Positions 20,217 through 29,983 of a stretch of DNA of 64,000 nt are shown piece by piece. Source of the DNA: Thermoanaerobaculia bacterium (GTDB lineage: Bacteria > Acidobacteriota > Thermoanaerobaculia > Multivoradales > Multivoraceae); the NCBI GenBank assembly GCA_965214805.1, contig OZ243982.1, positions 2,915,253-2,979,252 of the forward strand, written 5' to 3'. Position 1 is the first letter of the stretch. Each line of letters begins with the position of its first letter. The translations under genes were made by a program, and so were the position numbers. The notes under the pieces are model-generated. The model made no database searches and was not told the DNA's origin. It saw nothing but the letters and a program-made list of their open reading frames with translations.

Positions 20217-21359
20217 GTGACCCACCGTCTGGCCGATCTTGCCGCGATGGTCGGCGCCGACCTCGTGGGCGATCCGGATCGGCCCATCGACGGTGTCGCC
20301 ACGCTGGAGGCGGCCGGCGACAGGGATCTGTCGTTCCTGACCAACCCTCGGTATCGGGACCAGGCCCGGTCTTCGGGGGCCGGCGCGATCCTGGTGTCCA
20401 GAGGCATCTCGCCCGACACATTGGGCGGGCCGCGCGCGGACCTGGTGGTTTGCGAGGATGCTCATCGCGCTCTGGCCCACCTGATGACCGTGTTGTTTCC
20501 GGTGCCCGAGGTCGAACCGGGCGTGCACGAGACGGCTGCCGTGGATGCGGCGGCTCGTGTCGATCCCGCCGCCCGGGTCGATGCCTTCGCCGTTGTCGGC
20601 GCCGGTTCGACGGTGGCGTCCGGTGCGAGCGTCGGCGCCCATTGCGTGATCGGCCGCGGCTGCCGAATCGGCGTCGGCACCGTGCTTCACCCGCACGTCG
20701 TGGTGTACGACGGCAGCCGCATCGGCGACCGGGTGATCGTCCATTCCGGCGTCGTGCTGGGAGCGGACGGCTTCGGTTTCGCCGAAGGGGAGGCGGCGGT
20801 GCAGGTCAGGTTGCCCCAGGTCGGCGTCGTGGTGATCGAGGACGATGTCGAGATCGGCGCCAACTCGGCCATCGACCGGGCCATGCTCGATACCACTCGC
20901 GTGGGCCGCGGCACGAAGATCGACAACCTCGTGCAGGTCGGTCACAACGCGCAGATCGGCCAGGGGTGCATCCTCTGCGGCCAGGCCGGGGTCGCCGGCA
21001 GCAGCCGCATCGGCGACCGGGTTCTGCTCGCTGGTCAGACCGGGGTCGCGGGCCACTTCGAGATCGGCGACGGGGTCCAGGTCGCGGCGAAGTCGGCCGT
21101 GTTCCAGGAGGTGCCGCCCGGGCAGCAGGTGGCCGGCATTCCCGCCATGCCGATTGCCGCCTGGCGCCGCCGGAGCGCGTTACAGTCCCGCCTGCCGGCG
21201 ATGCGGTCCGCCTTGCGCGGCCTCGAGCGCCGCGTCCGGGAGCTGGAAGCGGCGGGCGGCGATTCGACGGCCGGATCGGCCACGGCGGCGACTCCGGCCG
21301 CGGCAGTGACCGTGGGGCCGGACGGGGTTCCGGAGACGGACGAGGGAGACGAGACGTGA
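20217..21359 (+). CDS. lpxD: UDP-3-O-acylglucosamine N-acyltransferase
   Basis: From GTG 20217: [15 protein letters not shown]...[12 protein letters not shown] and hexapeptide repeats, with a C-terminal low-complexity extension. Confidence 0.9.
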   Translation: MTHRLADLAAMVGADLVGDPDRPIDGVATLEAAGDRDLSFLTNPRYRDQARSSGAGAILVSRGISPDTLGGPRADLVVCEDAHRALAHLMTVLFPVPEVEPGVHETAAVDAAARVDPAARVDAFAVVGAGSTVASGASVGAHCVIGRGCRIGVGTVLHPHVVVYDGSRIGDRVIVHSGVVLGADGFGFAEGEAAVQVRLPQVGVVVIEDDVEIGANSAIDRAMLDTTRVGRGTKIDNLVQVGHNAQIGQGCILCGQAGVAGSSRIGDRVLLAGQTGVAGHFEIGDGVQVAAKSAVFQEVPPGQQVAGIPAMPIAAWRRRSALQSRLPAMRSALRGLERRVRELEAAGGDSTAGSATAATPAAAVTVGPDGVPETDEGDET

Positions 21360-21826
21360 GCGAAGAGCAGAGCGGGAGCCGGACGCCCATGGGTCCGTTC
21401 GACTCGCGCTGGATCGCGAGCGTGCTGCCGCACCGTTACCCCATGCTCCTGGTCGACCGGGTGCTGGAACTGGCGCCGGGCCGGCGGGTCGTGGCGGTCA
21501 AGAACGTGACTCGCAACGAGCCCTTCTTCGACGGCCACTTTCCAGGCAATCCGATCATGCCCGGCGTCCTGGTGATCGAGGCCATGGCGCAGACGGCGGC
21601 GCTGCTGCTGCTGCACGAGATCGAGGACCGGGATCAGAAGGTGCTCTTCTTCTCCGGCATCGAGAAGGCCCGGTTTCGCAGGCCCGTCGTCCCCGGCGAT
21701 CAGCTTCGCATGGAGGTGGAGTCGCTGCGCCTGCGGACCTACCATTCCCGCTTCCGGGGCCGCGCCACCGTGGACGGCGAGCTGGCGGTGGAAGCGATCT
21801 GCACGTCCGCGATGGCCGCGGCCTGA
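21356..21826 (+). CDS. fabZ: 3-hydroxyacyl-ACP dehydratase
   Basis: [13 protein letters not shown]...[26 protein letters not shown]. The GTG overlaps the lpxD stop. Confidence 0.9.
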   Translation: MSEEQSGSRTPMGPFDSRWIASVLPHRYPMLLVDRVLELAPGRRVVAVKNVTRNEPFFDGHFPGNPIMPGVLVIEAMAQTAALLLLHEIEDRDQKVLFFSGIEKARFRRPVVPGDQLRMEVESLRLRTYHSRFRGRATVDGELAVEAICTSAMAAA

Positions 21827-21866
21827 GCACTCGCCGGTTGAAGACGAAGATGCCGTGGCGTAGACC

Positions 21867-22679
21867 ATGACGGCGGAACTTCACCCGACGGCCATCGTCG
21901 ATCCGGGCGCCGAACTGGGCGACAGTGTCGTCGTGGGCCCCTACGCCGTGATCGGAAGCGGCGTCCGTCTCGGCGCCGGCACGACGGTCGGCGCCCACGC
22001 CGCGATCTGCGGCGAAACGGTTCTCGGTCGGGAGAACAGGGTCTACCCTCATGCGGCGATCGGCTTCGATCCGCAGGACCTCAAGTACCAGGGGGAGAGC
22101 AGCCGGCTGGTGATCGGCGACCGGAACCAGTTCCGCGAGTTCTGCACGATCAACCGCGGAACGGCGTTCGGCGGCGGTGAAACCCGCATCGGCGACGACA
22201 ACCTGTTCATGACCCAGAGCCATGTCGGCCATGACAGCCAGGTCGGCAGCCGCACGGTGTTCACGAATGCCGGCACCCTGGCCGGGCACGTCGTGGTCGA
22301 GGACGACGCGGTGATCGGCGCGTTCTCGGCCGTTCATCAGTTCTGCCGGGTGGGCAGGCACGCCTACATCGGCGGCTACTCCGTGATCACCATGGACGCG
22401 CTGCCGTTCTGCATCACGGTCGGGATCAAGCCGGCGTGCATGGGTGTCAACCGCATCGGCCTGGAGCGCAAGGGGAAGTCGCCGGAGGACGTCCGCGCGA
22501 TCGAACGTGCGGCCAGGGTCGTCGCGCGTTCGCGGCGGAACAGGACCCAGGCCCTGGAGGAGCTCGACGCCGACCATGCCGGACACCCCGACGTGGACGT
22601 GCTCATCGCATTCGTTCGCAGCTCCACCAGGGGCTTCATCCGCTCGGCGCGCCGCGGTTCGCGGGGCGCCGGCGCCTGA
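21867..22679 (+). CDS. lpxA: acyl-ACP--UDP-N-acetylglucosamine O-acyltransferase
   Basis: 270 aa. IHPTAIVDPGAELGD and hexapeptide repeats; the C-terminal helical domain contains GLERKG. Confidence 0.9.
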   Translation: MTAELHPTAIVDPGAELGDSVVVGPYAVIGSGVRLGAGTTVGAHAAICGETVLGRENRVYPHAAIGFDPQDLKYQGESSRLVIGDRNQFREFCTINRGTAFGGGETRIGDDNLFMTQSHVGHDSQVGSRTVFTNAGTLAGHVVVEDDAVIGAFSAVHQFCRVGRHAYIGGYSVITMDALPFCITVGIKPACMGVNRIGLERKGKSPEDVRAIERAARVVARSRRNRTQALEELDADHAGHPDVDVLIAFVRSSTRGFIRSARRGSRGAGA

Positions 22680-22720
22680 CCGCCCAGGCACCCGGGGCGT
22701 CCGTCGAGGAGGAGTCGGTC

Positions 22721-23749
22721 GTGACCGCGCGAGTTCCCGGTCCGGTTCCGGAGCGGCCCGGCCGCGTCGTGGCGGGGCTGCGCGCGGGCGTCGTCGGCGC
22801 CGGCGCGATGGGTCGTCATCACGTTCGTGTCCTTGCGGACCTGCTGGGTCCCGAGTCGGTGCTCGTGCTCGACGCGGATGCGGCCCTTGCCGGAAGCGTC
22901 GCGGGCGAGCACGGCGCCGCGGCGGCGAGTGGATTCGATGCGCTGGCGCGGAACGTCGACGCGGCCGTGGTCGCGGTGCCGACGGTCGACCACCTGCACG
23001 TGGCGAGACGCCTCATGGAAGCGGGGGTCCACGTTCTGGTCGAGAAGCCGATCGCGGTCGACCTCGTCCAGGCCGACGCGCTCTGCGCAACCGCGGCGGC
23101 CCGGGGAGTGGTGCTGGCGGCAGGCCATGTCGAGTTCTACAATCCCGCCGTTCAGGAACTTCTGGCTTCGGGCCGCCTGCCGCGCTTCGTCGAAGTCGAA
23201 CGGCTGTCGCCCTTCGGTCCTCGCAGCCTGGACGTGGACGTGGTGCTGGACCTGATGATTCACGACCTGCAGATCCTTCACGCCCTCGATCCGAATCCGG
23301 TCCGCGAAGTGCGGGCGGTCGGGATCGACGTCCTGTCGAACCGGGTCGACATCGCGGACGCCCGGATCGAGCTCGAGTCGGGGTGTGTCGCGAACCTGAC
23401 CGCGTCGCGCGTGTCGGCGGAGCGGGTCCGGCAGTTGCGGGTGTTCTTCGAGGACCGGTACCGCTCGCTGGACTACCAGGAGCAGACGGTGCGGGGGTTC
23501 CGCAGAGTGGGGGCCGAAGACCCCGGCAGACCGGCCGCGGCCTCTTGCGGCCCGGCTGGCGGACCGGCCGGGCGCATCGTCCCGGCCGACCTCGAGGTGG
23601 AGCGCGGCGAGCCGCTTCGTCGGGAGCTGGAGGCGTTTCTCGAACGCTGCGCCGGCCGTCCGGTGCCGTTCGTCGACGGCGAGGCCGGGCGTCGAGCGCT
23701 CGAGACGGCGCTGCGGGTCAACGAGGCGATTGCCGGAAGGGCGACATGA
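22721..23749 (+). CDS. Gfo/Idh/MocA-family NAD(P)-dependent oxidoreductase (possible GnnA-like)
   Basis: GTG 22721 after GAGGAGGAG. Contains the Rossmann motif GVVGAGAMGRHH, VLVEKPIA and GHVEFYNP. Confidence 0.8.
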   Translation: MTARVPGPVPERPGRVVAGLRAGVVGAGAMGRHHVRVLADLLGPESVLVLDADAALAGSVAGEHGAAAASGFDALARNVDAAVVAVPTVDHLHVARRLMEAGVHVLVEKPIAVDLVQADALCATAAARGVVLAAGHVEFYNPAVQELLASGRLPRFVEVERLSPFGPRSLDVDVVLDLMIHDLQILHALDPNPVREVRAVGIDVLSNRVDIADARIELESGCVANLTASRVSAERVRQLRVFFEDRYRSLDYQEQTVRGFRRVGAEDPGRPAAASCGPAGGPAGRIVPADLEVERGEPLRRELEAFLERCAGRPVPFVDGEAGRRALETALRVNEAIAGRAT

Positions 23750-24639
23750 GCTCGGACGCCTACCGGACGGGCATCATCGGCGGTTCAGGCCTGTACGGCA
23801 TGGCGGAGCTCGAGGTGCACGAGGAACGCGCGGTCGCGACACCGTTCGGCAGCCCCTCCGAGGTCTTCGTTCTGGGCAAGCTGAGCGGTCGGCGGGTCGC
23901 TTTCCTGGCCCGCCACGGGCGCGGTCACCGCATCCTGCCCAGCGAGCTGAACTTCCGCGCCAACATCTATGCCTTCAAGACGCTGGGCGCCGAGAGGCTG
24001 ATTTCGCTGTCGGCCGTCGGCTCGCTCCGGCGCCGCTACCGGCCCACCGACATCGTGGTGCCGGACCAGTTCATCGACCGGACGCGGCACCGGCCGGACA
24101 CCTTCTTCGGCAACGGGCTGGCGGCCCACGTCGCCTTCGCCGACCCGATCTGCCCGGTGCTGATGGAGATCTGCGCCGACCAGTCGGCCGCCGCCGGGGC
24201 GGTGGTCCACCGCGGCGGAACGTACGTGTGCATGGAGGGCCCCCAGTTCTCGACCCGCGCCGAGTCGTTCATTCACCGCGGCTGGGGCGCGGACGTGATC
24301 GGCATGACCAACCTCCAGGAGGCGAAGCTCGCGCGCGAGGCGGAGATCTGCTATTCGACGCTCGCCCTGGTCACGGACTACGACTGCTGGCACGAAGAGG
24401 AAGAGGATGTCGCCGTGGATGCCGTCCTCGCCGTGCTGCGACAGAACGCGCGCACGGCCCAGGCCGCGGTGGCCCGGATCGTCGCGGCGCTTCCGGAGCA
24501 ACGGCGGGGGGGCGGCTGCCCTTGCGTCGATGCGCTGGAACACGCGCTGATCACCGATCCGTCGGTGATTCCGGCCTCCGTGCTGCGCGACCTGGATCCG
24601 ATCGTGGGCCGGTGCCTGCGCCGTCGCGAGAACGGTTGA
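23746..24639 (+). CDS. mtnP: S-methyl-5'-thioadenosine phosphorylase
   Basis: GIIGGSGLY...FLARHGRGH...SELNFRANI...MEGPQFSTRAES...VIGMTNLQEAKLAREAE. Confidence 0.9.
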   Translation: MSSDAYRTGIIGGSGLYGMAELEVHEERAVATPFGSPSEVFVLGKLSGRRVAFLARHGRGHRILPSELNFRANIYAFKTLGAERLISLSAVGSLRRRYRPTDIVVPDQFIDRTRHRPDTFFGNGLAAHVAFADPICPVLMEICADQSAAAGAVVHRGGTYVCMEGPQFSTRAESFIHRGWGADVIGMTNLQEAKLAREAEICYSTLALVTDYDCWHEEEEDVAVDAVLAVLRQNARTAQAAVARIVAALPEQRRGGGCPCVDALEHALITDPSVIPASVLRDLDPIVGRCLRRRENG

Positions 24640-24664
24640 CCCCGAGGAAGAGCGGAGCCGAGGC

Positions 24665-25441
24665 GTGACGAGACTGCTGCTGACGAACGACGACGGCGTG
24701 GATGCTGCGGGCCTGAACTGTCTGGCGGCGGCGCTGGACCGGGCCGCGACGAGGCAGGGGCCGATCGAGTACCGGGTGGTGGCGCCGCGGCACGAGCAGA
24801 GCGGTTGCGGACAAGCCCTGACGCTCTTCCGGCCGCTGCGCGCCAGGCGCGTACGGGAGGGTTGGTTCTCGGTCGACGGCACACCGTCGGACTGCGTCAA
24901 TCTGGGCGTCCATGCGCTGCTGGACCGGCGTCCCGACCTGCTCGTCTCGGGCATCAACTACGGAGTCAACCTGGGGGACGACGTGACCCACAGCGGCACG
25001 GTCGGCGCCGCGCTCGAGGGCAGACTGCTCGGCGTGCCTTCGATCGCCTTCTCGCAGGAGTATCGCAAGGCCCGGCCGGTGGACATGGAACGCGCCGCGG
25101 ACCTGGCCGTGCGCGCGATCGTGTCCCTGCTCGAGCAGGGGATTCCCGACCGGATGCTCCTCAACGTGAACTTCCCGTTCGATCCGCCGCGCGGCGTCAG
25201 GATCGCGAGGCTCGGTCGTCGTCCGTATCGCAACTCGGTGGTGCAACAGGACGATCCGCGCGGCGGCCTCATGTACTGGCTGGTGGGGCGGCCGGAACCG
25301 GAACTCCTCCAGGACACGGACGCCGCGGCGGTTCGCGACGGGTACGTCGCGATCACGCCCCTCAGCGCCGACCTGACCGACCGTGAGGCGATCGCCGATG
25401 GCGACGGCGTGTTGCCGGGCCTCCTTGGAGCGTTCCCTTGA
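24665..25441 (+). CDS. surE: 5'/3'-nucleotidase SurE
   Basis: LLTNDDGVDAAGL...DGTPSDCV...GINYGVNLGDDVTHSGTVGAA. Confidence 0.9.
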   Translation: MTRLLLTNDDGVDAAGLNCLAAALDRAATRQGPIEYRVVAPRHEQSGCGQALTLFRPLRARRVREGWFSVDGTPSDCVNLGVHALLDRRPDLLVSGINYGVNLGDDVTHSGTVGAALEGRLLGVPSIAFSQEYRKARPVDMERAADLAVRAIVSLLEQGIPDRMLLNVNFPFDPPRGVRIARLGRRPYRNSVVQQDDPRGGLMYWLVGRPEPELLQDTDAAAVRDGYVAITPLSADLTDREAIADGDGVLPGLLGAFP

Positions 25442-26124
25442 AGGCGCTCGAGGGCCGGGCGGACGGCGCCTACCGCTTTCCCCGCAGGCGCATGGTCACG
25501 AAGTTGGCCACGCGGTACGGCCTGCAGGACAAGCGGGTGCTCGCGGCCCTGGAGCAGATTCCGCGGCACCTGTTCGTGCCGGAACACCTGGTCAACGACG
25601 CCTACAGTGATCGTGCGTTGCCGATCGGTTGCGAGCAGACGATCTCGCAGCCCTACATCGTCGCGCGCATGACCGCGGATCTGGATGTCGGGGACGAGGA
25701 CTCGGTGCTCGAGATCGGCACCGGATCGGGCTACCAGACGGCGATTCTCGCGACGCTCGCGCGCCGCGTCTACAGCATCGAGAGAGTGGGCCAGCTGGCC
25801 CGGGAGGCGATCGGCCGGATCCAGGCGCTCCAACTGCCCAACGTGAAGATCCAGGTCTTCGACGGCACGGTCGGCTGGAGCAGCGCTGCGCCGTTCGACC
25901 GCATCCTGGTCGCCGCGGCGGCGCCCCGCGTTCCTGGCGCGCTTCTCGATCAACTGGCGCCGGGCGGTCGTCTGGTCATTCCGGAGGGAGACCGGCACGA
26001 GCAGTGGCTGATCGGCTACCGGAAGCACCGGAACGGCGTGGTCACTCGGGAGGTGGGCGAGCCGGTTCGCTTCGTGCCGCTGATCGGCCGGCACGGCTGG
26101 AAGACGAAGGAGGCCGCGTCGTAG
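25438..26124 (+). CDS. pcm: protein-L-isoaspartate O-methyltransferase
   Basis: IPRHLFVPE...[10 protein letters not shown]...[13 protein letters not shown]...GGRLVIP. Confidence 0.9.
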   Translation: MKALEGRADGAYRFPRRRMVTKLATRYGLQDKRVLAALEQIPRHLFVPEHLVNDAYSDRALPIGCEQTISQPYIVARMTADLDVGDEDSVLEIGTGSGYQTAILATLARRVYSIERVGQLAREAIGRIQALQLPNVKIQVFDGTVGWSSAAPFDRILVAAAAPRVPGALLDQLAPGGRLVIPEGDRHEQWLIGYRKHRNGVVTREVGEPVRFVPLIGRHGWKTKEAAS

Positions 26125-26168
26125 ACTCGGAGTACGTCCTGGACCCGGGAAGTCTGCGACAATCAGCC

Positions 26169-26714
26169 ATGGAATCGGACTCGCGATCAGACAGAGCGAA
26201 CGGGCTGAAGAACTGGATTCGCGAACTGCCCGACTTCCCGAAGCCGGGCATCCTGTTCAAGGACATCACGACGCTGCTCAAGGAGCCGGCGGCGCTGCGC
26301 GAGGCGGCCGACCTTCTCGCCGAACGGTTTGCCGATCGGGGCGTCGATCAGGTGGTGGGGATCGAGGCGCGGGGCTTCATCTTTGCGCCCCTGGTGGCGT
26401 ATCGGCTGAACGCCGGCTTCGTGCCGGTCAGGAAGGCCGGAAAGCTGCCCGCGGAGACCGCGGCCCGCACCTACGAACTCGAGTACGGCAGCGACACGCT
26501 CGAGATGCACGTCGACGGTCTCGCCGCCGGCGACCGGGTGGCGGTGGTCGATGATCTGCTGGCTACCGGAGGCACGGCGAAGGCGACGGTCGACCTGGTG
26601 GAGTCGGTCGGCGGCCGGGTCGAGGCCGTCGGATTCGTCGTCGAGCTGACGTATCTCGAGGGCCGGCGGCGGCTCGAAGGCTACGACGTGGTTGAATCCC
26701 TGGTCCGTTACTGA
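26169..26714 (+). CDS. apt: adenine phosphoribosyltransferase
   Basis: From ATG 26169: [13 protein letters not shown]...GIEARGFIF...[14 protein letters not shown]. Confidence 0.9.
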   Translation: MESDSRSDRANGLKNWIRELPDFPKPGILFKDITTLLKEPAALREAADLLAERFADRGVDQVVGIEARGFIFAPLVAYRLNAGFVPVRKAGKLPAETAARTYELEYGSDTLEMHVDGLAAGDRVAVVDDLLATGGTAKATVDLVESVGGRVEAVGFVVELTYLEGRRRLEGYDVVESLVRY

Positions 26715-26798
26715 GATCCTTGGTGACCCTTGGCGGCGAGTCTTGGCGGTCCGTCGCCTGTGGCCGGCCTGGCCCGGCCATCGATGCGTTGGCGCCTG

Positions 26799-26875
26799 GC
26801 GCCTGTAGCTCAGCAGGATAGAGCGGTGGATTCCTAATCCACAGGTCGGGGGTTCGAGTCCCTCCAGGCGCACCA
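26799..26875 (+). tRNA. tRNA-Arg (anticodon CCT)
   Basis: Hand-folded cloverleaf. Acceptor GCGCCTG/CAGGCGC, D-arm GCTC..GAGC, anticodon stem GTGGA/TCCAC with loop TTCCTAA, T-arm GGGGG-TTCGAGT-CCCTC (one G-U pair), discriminator A and an encoded CCA. Confidence 0.9.
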
Positions 26876-26925
26876 GCCTTCACCTCAGAGGACGGCGCGG
26901 CAGGGATTCCCGATCAACGGGTGCA

Positions 26926-26955
26926 GGGGTTCGAGTCCCTCCAGGCGCACCAGCC
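26926..26955 (+). repeat. 30-bp perfect direct repeat of the tRNA-Arg 3' end (copy 1 at 26849-26878)
   Basis: GGGGTTCGAGTCCCTCCAGGCGCACCAGCC occurs twice, with copies separated by 47 nt. Confidence 0.9.
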
Positions 26956-26984
26956 GGATTTTCGATATCTGGCCCCCTTTGGGC

Positions 26985-27170
26985 CTAGTCCTGGATCTCG
27001 CGCTTCGGCTTGTCCTCGACCTCGTCTTCGCCGGGCTCGTTGAGGCCGCGCTTGAAGTTCCGGATACCGGCGCCCAGGCCTCCCGCCAGTTTGGGGATGC
27101 GGCTGGCTCCGAAGACCAGGACGATGATCGCGAAGATGATCAGCAGTTCGCCAACTCCGAGGCCCGCCAT
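26985..27170 (-). CDS. tatA: twin-arginine translocase subunit TatA/E
   Basis: 61 aa: [43 protein letters not shown]... followed by an acidic tail. The track ORF 26985..27347 is over-extended. Confidence 0.85.
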   Translation of the reverse strand: MAGLGVGELLIIFAIIVLVFGASRIPKLAGGLGAGIRNFKRGLNEPGEDEVEDKPKREIQD

Positions 27171-27331
27171 CGTGTGTGCTCCAGGTAGTTGAACGGCGTC
27201 GCCGGATGACTCCCGTGGCCTCGGCCGCCGTCTGTTGGCGAGTCTGCCACAGTGGAGCGCTTCTCGCCCGGCTTCCCGGTTCGTTGCAGTCAGCGTGCTG
27301 TTATGGTCGCGCCGCCTGAGGAGGTGTTGCG

Positions 27332-28168
27332 ATGAGCCGTCTGACACGAGAGGAGATTCGGCGGGACGAGGTGCGCGAGGCGGTGTTCTCGGCTTCCGCC
27401 TGGTTCGCCGAACACGTTCGGCAGATCCTGGTCGGGATCGGGGCGGTGATCGCCGTCGTGGTGGGTGTCGTGCTGTTCCTGAACCACCAGGACCGCCGGG
27501 AGGCGGAGGCGAGCTTCCAGCTCGGTGAAGCGCTCAAGGTCTATCGGGCAGAGATCGAGGCGCCGGAGACGGACGCCATCGACGATCTCTTCGGTACGCC
27601 GCCGGAGAGCGCGCCGGGCGAGAACGACGCCGTGGAAGCGGAAGACCCGGTGACGGAAGATGACGGCGACGACGGCCTCCGCTTCGCCTCCGAGGCGGAA
27701 CGGCGGGCTGCCGCGCGGGCGGCGCTCGAGGCAGTGCAGGAAAGCCACGGTTCAACCGCCGCCGGCCGACTGGCTTCGGTCTATCTGGGGCAGATTGCCG
27801 CGGCCGAAGGCGATACCGCGACGGCGCGTGAGCTGTGGACGGAGTACATCGAGACGAACGGCGGCGACCATGCGCTGGCCCTGAGCCTGCAGTTGAACCT
27901 GTACAGCCTCGACCGGGCCGAGGGGCGCGGGGAGCAGCTTGCCGCCGAACTCCGGGGTGCGGTGGCGACGGAGACGTCCGCATTGCCGAAGGACGCGCTG
28001 CTGTTCGAGCTCGCCGCGACCCTGGAGCAGCTCGGCGACGAGGAGGGCGCGCGGGAGACCTTCCGGCGCATCGTCGAGGAGTACCCGGACAGCGGCTACG
28101 CGATCAGGGCCCGGCAGCAGCTCGGGCCGGACCCCGCCGCCCCGGGTCCGTTCAGTTTCGGCGGCTAG
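27332..28168 (+). CDS. membrane-anchored TPR-like protein (YfgM-like architecture)
   Basis: N-terminal TM ([19 protein letters not shown]) followed by helical repeat-like sequence ending ..[15 protein letters not shown]. Confidence 0.55.
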   Translation: MSRLTREEIRRDEVREAVFSASAWFAEHVRQILVGIGAVIAVVVGVVLFLNHQDRREAEASFQLGEALKVYRAEIEAPETDAIDDLFGTPPESAPGENDAVEAEDPVTEDDGDDGLRFASEAERRAAARAALEAVQESHGSTAAGRLASVYLGQIAAAEGDTATARELWTEYIETNGGDHALALSLQLNLYSLDRAEGRGEQLAAELRGAVATETSALPKDALLFELAATLEQLGDEEGARETFRRIVEEYPDSGYAIRARQQLGPDPAAPGPFSFGG

Positions 28169-28177
28169 CAGCAGCCC

Positions 28178-29449
28178 GTGGCAGTCACGCCCTACGACAT
28201 TCTGAACCGGATGCGTCAGGGCCGGACGCTGACCCGGGATGAGGTGTGGTCCGTGGTCGCGGGAGCGACCGACGGGAGCTGGACGGACGTGCACCTTGCC
28301 GCTTTCCTCATGGCCGCCGCGATGCGGGGTCTCGATCCCGACGAGACGCGGGAGCTGACCCTGGCGATGCTGGAGTCCGGCGAGCGTTGGGCGCTTGCCG
28401 CGGAGTTCGGCCCGCTTGTCGACAAGCACTCGACCGGCGGAGTCGGCGACACCGTCAGCCTGATCGCGCTGCCCGTGCTTGCCTCGTGCGGCGTGCCCAC
28501 GGCCAAGCTCACCGGCCGCTCGCTCGGACACAGCGGCGGCACGGCGGACAAGCTGGAGAGCATCCCCGGCGTGTGGCTGGAGCTGGACCGGGACAGGGCC
28601 CTAGGCCTTCTCGAACGCTTCGGCATGGCGATCGGCGTGGCCACCGCGCGCATCGCTCCGGCCGACAGGCGTCTGTACGGCCTGAGGGATCGGACCTCGA
28701 CCGTGAGCTCCGTTCCGCTCGTCGTCGGCAGCATCCTCTCGAAGAAGCTCGCTCTGGGCGCGTCCGGAATCGTGTTCGACGTCAAGACCGGCAGCGGCGG
28801 CTTCTTTTCCGACCTCGAGGAGACCCGCGCGCTCGCGTCCGGCCTGGTCTCGATCAGTGCCGCCTGCGGCACGCCGGCGGACTGTGTCCTGAGCGACATG
28901 AGTCAGCCGCTGGGCCGCTGGGTCGGCCACACCGCAGAAGTGCGGGAGGCCCTGGACTTCCTGGACGGGGACGGCGACCCGCGGCTGTCCGAAGTGGTGA
29001 CCGCGGTGTGCCGGAAGGCTGCGCGCCTGATCGGCACGGAGTTGGCGCCGAAGGACATCGAGGCCGTGATCGCAACCGGCGCCGCCCGCGAGAAGCTGAT
29101 CGACTGGGCCGAGGCCCAGGGCGCTGAAGCGGGCTGGACGGACGGTCTGGACCTGGCGCCGGTCGAGGCGGTGGTCACGGCCTCCAGGTCGGGATACGTC
29201 GAGTCCGTCGACTGCAGGCGGATCGGCAGTGCCTTCGCCGAGGCCTGCCGGCCCGACCGCGATCCGAACAGGATCGACCACGCCGTCGCCCTCCGCTATG
29301 ACGCCCGCCTCGGCCAGAAGGTCGAACGCGGCCAGGAACTCGCCCGGCTGTACGTGCGGCGTGACCCGGAACGGCTGCAAGGCGAGGTCGCGGCGGCGCT
29401 CGTCATCGGCGAGCAGATCGAGGCGCCGCCGGCCGTGGCGAAGCAGTGA
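28178..29449 (+). CDS. deoA: thymidine/pyrimidine-nucleoside phosphorylase
   Basis: HLAAFLMAAAMRG...DKHSTGGVGD...SGRSLGHSGGTADKLE motifs. Confidence 0.9.
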   Translation: MAVTPYDILNRMRQGRTLTRDEVWSVVAGATDGSWTDVHLAAFLMAAAMRGLDPDETRELTLAMLESGERWALAAEFGPLVDKHSTGGVGDTVSLIALPVLASCGVPTAKLTGRSLGHSGGTADKLESIPGVWLELDRDRALGLLERFGMAIGVATARIAPADRRLYGLRDRTSTVSSVPLVVGSILSKKLALGASGIVFDVKTGSGGFFSDLEETRALASGLVSISAACGTPADCVLSDMSQPLGRWVGHTAEVREALDFLDGDGDPRLSEVVTAVCRKAARLIGTELAPKDIEAVIATGAAREKLIDWAEAQGAEAGWTDGLDLAPVEAVVTASRSGYVESVDCRRIGSAFAEACRPDRDPNRIDHAVALRYDARLGQKVERGQELARLYVRRDPERLQGEVAAALVIGEQIEAPPAVAKQ

Positions 29450-29611
29450 GGGCCAGAGACTGCCGGCGACCGTCGTCGTGCTACAGTCAGTCACTCCAAT
29501 GGTTTGACCGGCTCAGGCCCGGCCCGTGTGCCCCGGGCATTGACCCGGACAACGACCAACGGTGCGAACTGTCCTTCAGTCCTTGAAGCTGCCTGATCAG
29601 GAACGACGTCA

Positions 29612-29627
29612 CCCCCCCCCCCCCCCC
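29612..29627 (+). repeat. homopolymeric C16 tract
   Basis: Counted directly: 16 consecutive C inside the ~530-bp gap between deoA and the propeller gene. Confidence 0.95.
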
Positions 29628-29983
29628 GGTCACGGACGAGCCTGGCTGAACTTGTCGTCCATCCAGGCGCGGGCGAGCGGGGAGTCACCCACTCCGAGCG
29701 TCGGCGGGGTGAATGTCGGGGCCTGCACCGACTGCCACCGGCGTTCGTTTGGGCTGATCCACGACTCAGGTGGCGCTCCGCGTCGCTCGCTTCGTTGCAG
29801 GCACACGCCGACCACAGCTTTCTCGTTGGCCCTGACGGACGTCTGTTGCTCTCGACCAGCGGCCTGGTGAGCCGTCAGCACGTCGAGAAGCACCTCTTGG
29901 GCATAGGATCGAGTACGCGGCCTCGTCCGTCACACGCAGGGTCCTGGCCGTGTCGAATCTGGACGACGAAGTGGAGGCGCTTC

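Noticed and set aside
19160-21826. 888-aa + ORF, plus the other long upstream extensions of real genes in the track (e.g. 19674..21359, 22444..24639, 37775..39895, 39037..41493)
   Set aside because: Only the 3' parts match known proteins (fabZ, lpxD, mtnP, gpsA, guaA). The upstream parts overlap other genes out of frame. Starts were re-set to in-frame ATG/GTG/TTG near the conserved N-termini.
29491-29893. Two minus-strand ORFs (87 aa and 65 aa) flanking or reading through the poly-G(C) tract, considered as one phase-variable gene
   Set aside because: The 87-aa ORF stops 5' of the tract, so tract length cannot fuse them. Neither translation resembles any family, and both are short and Arg/Pro/Gly-rich. 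The tract itself is retained as a finding.
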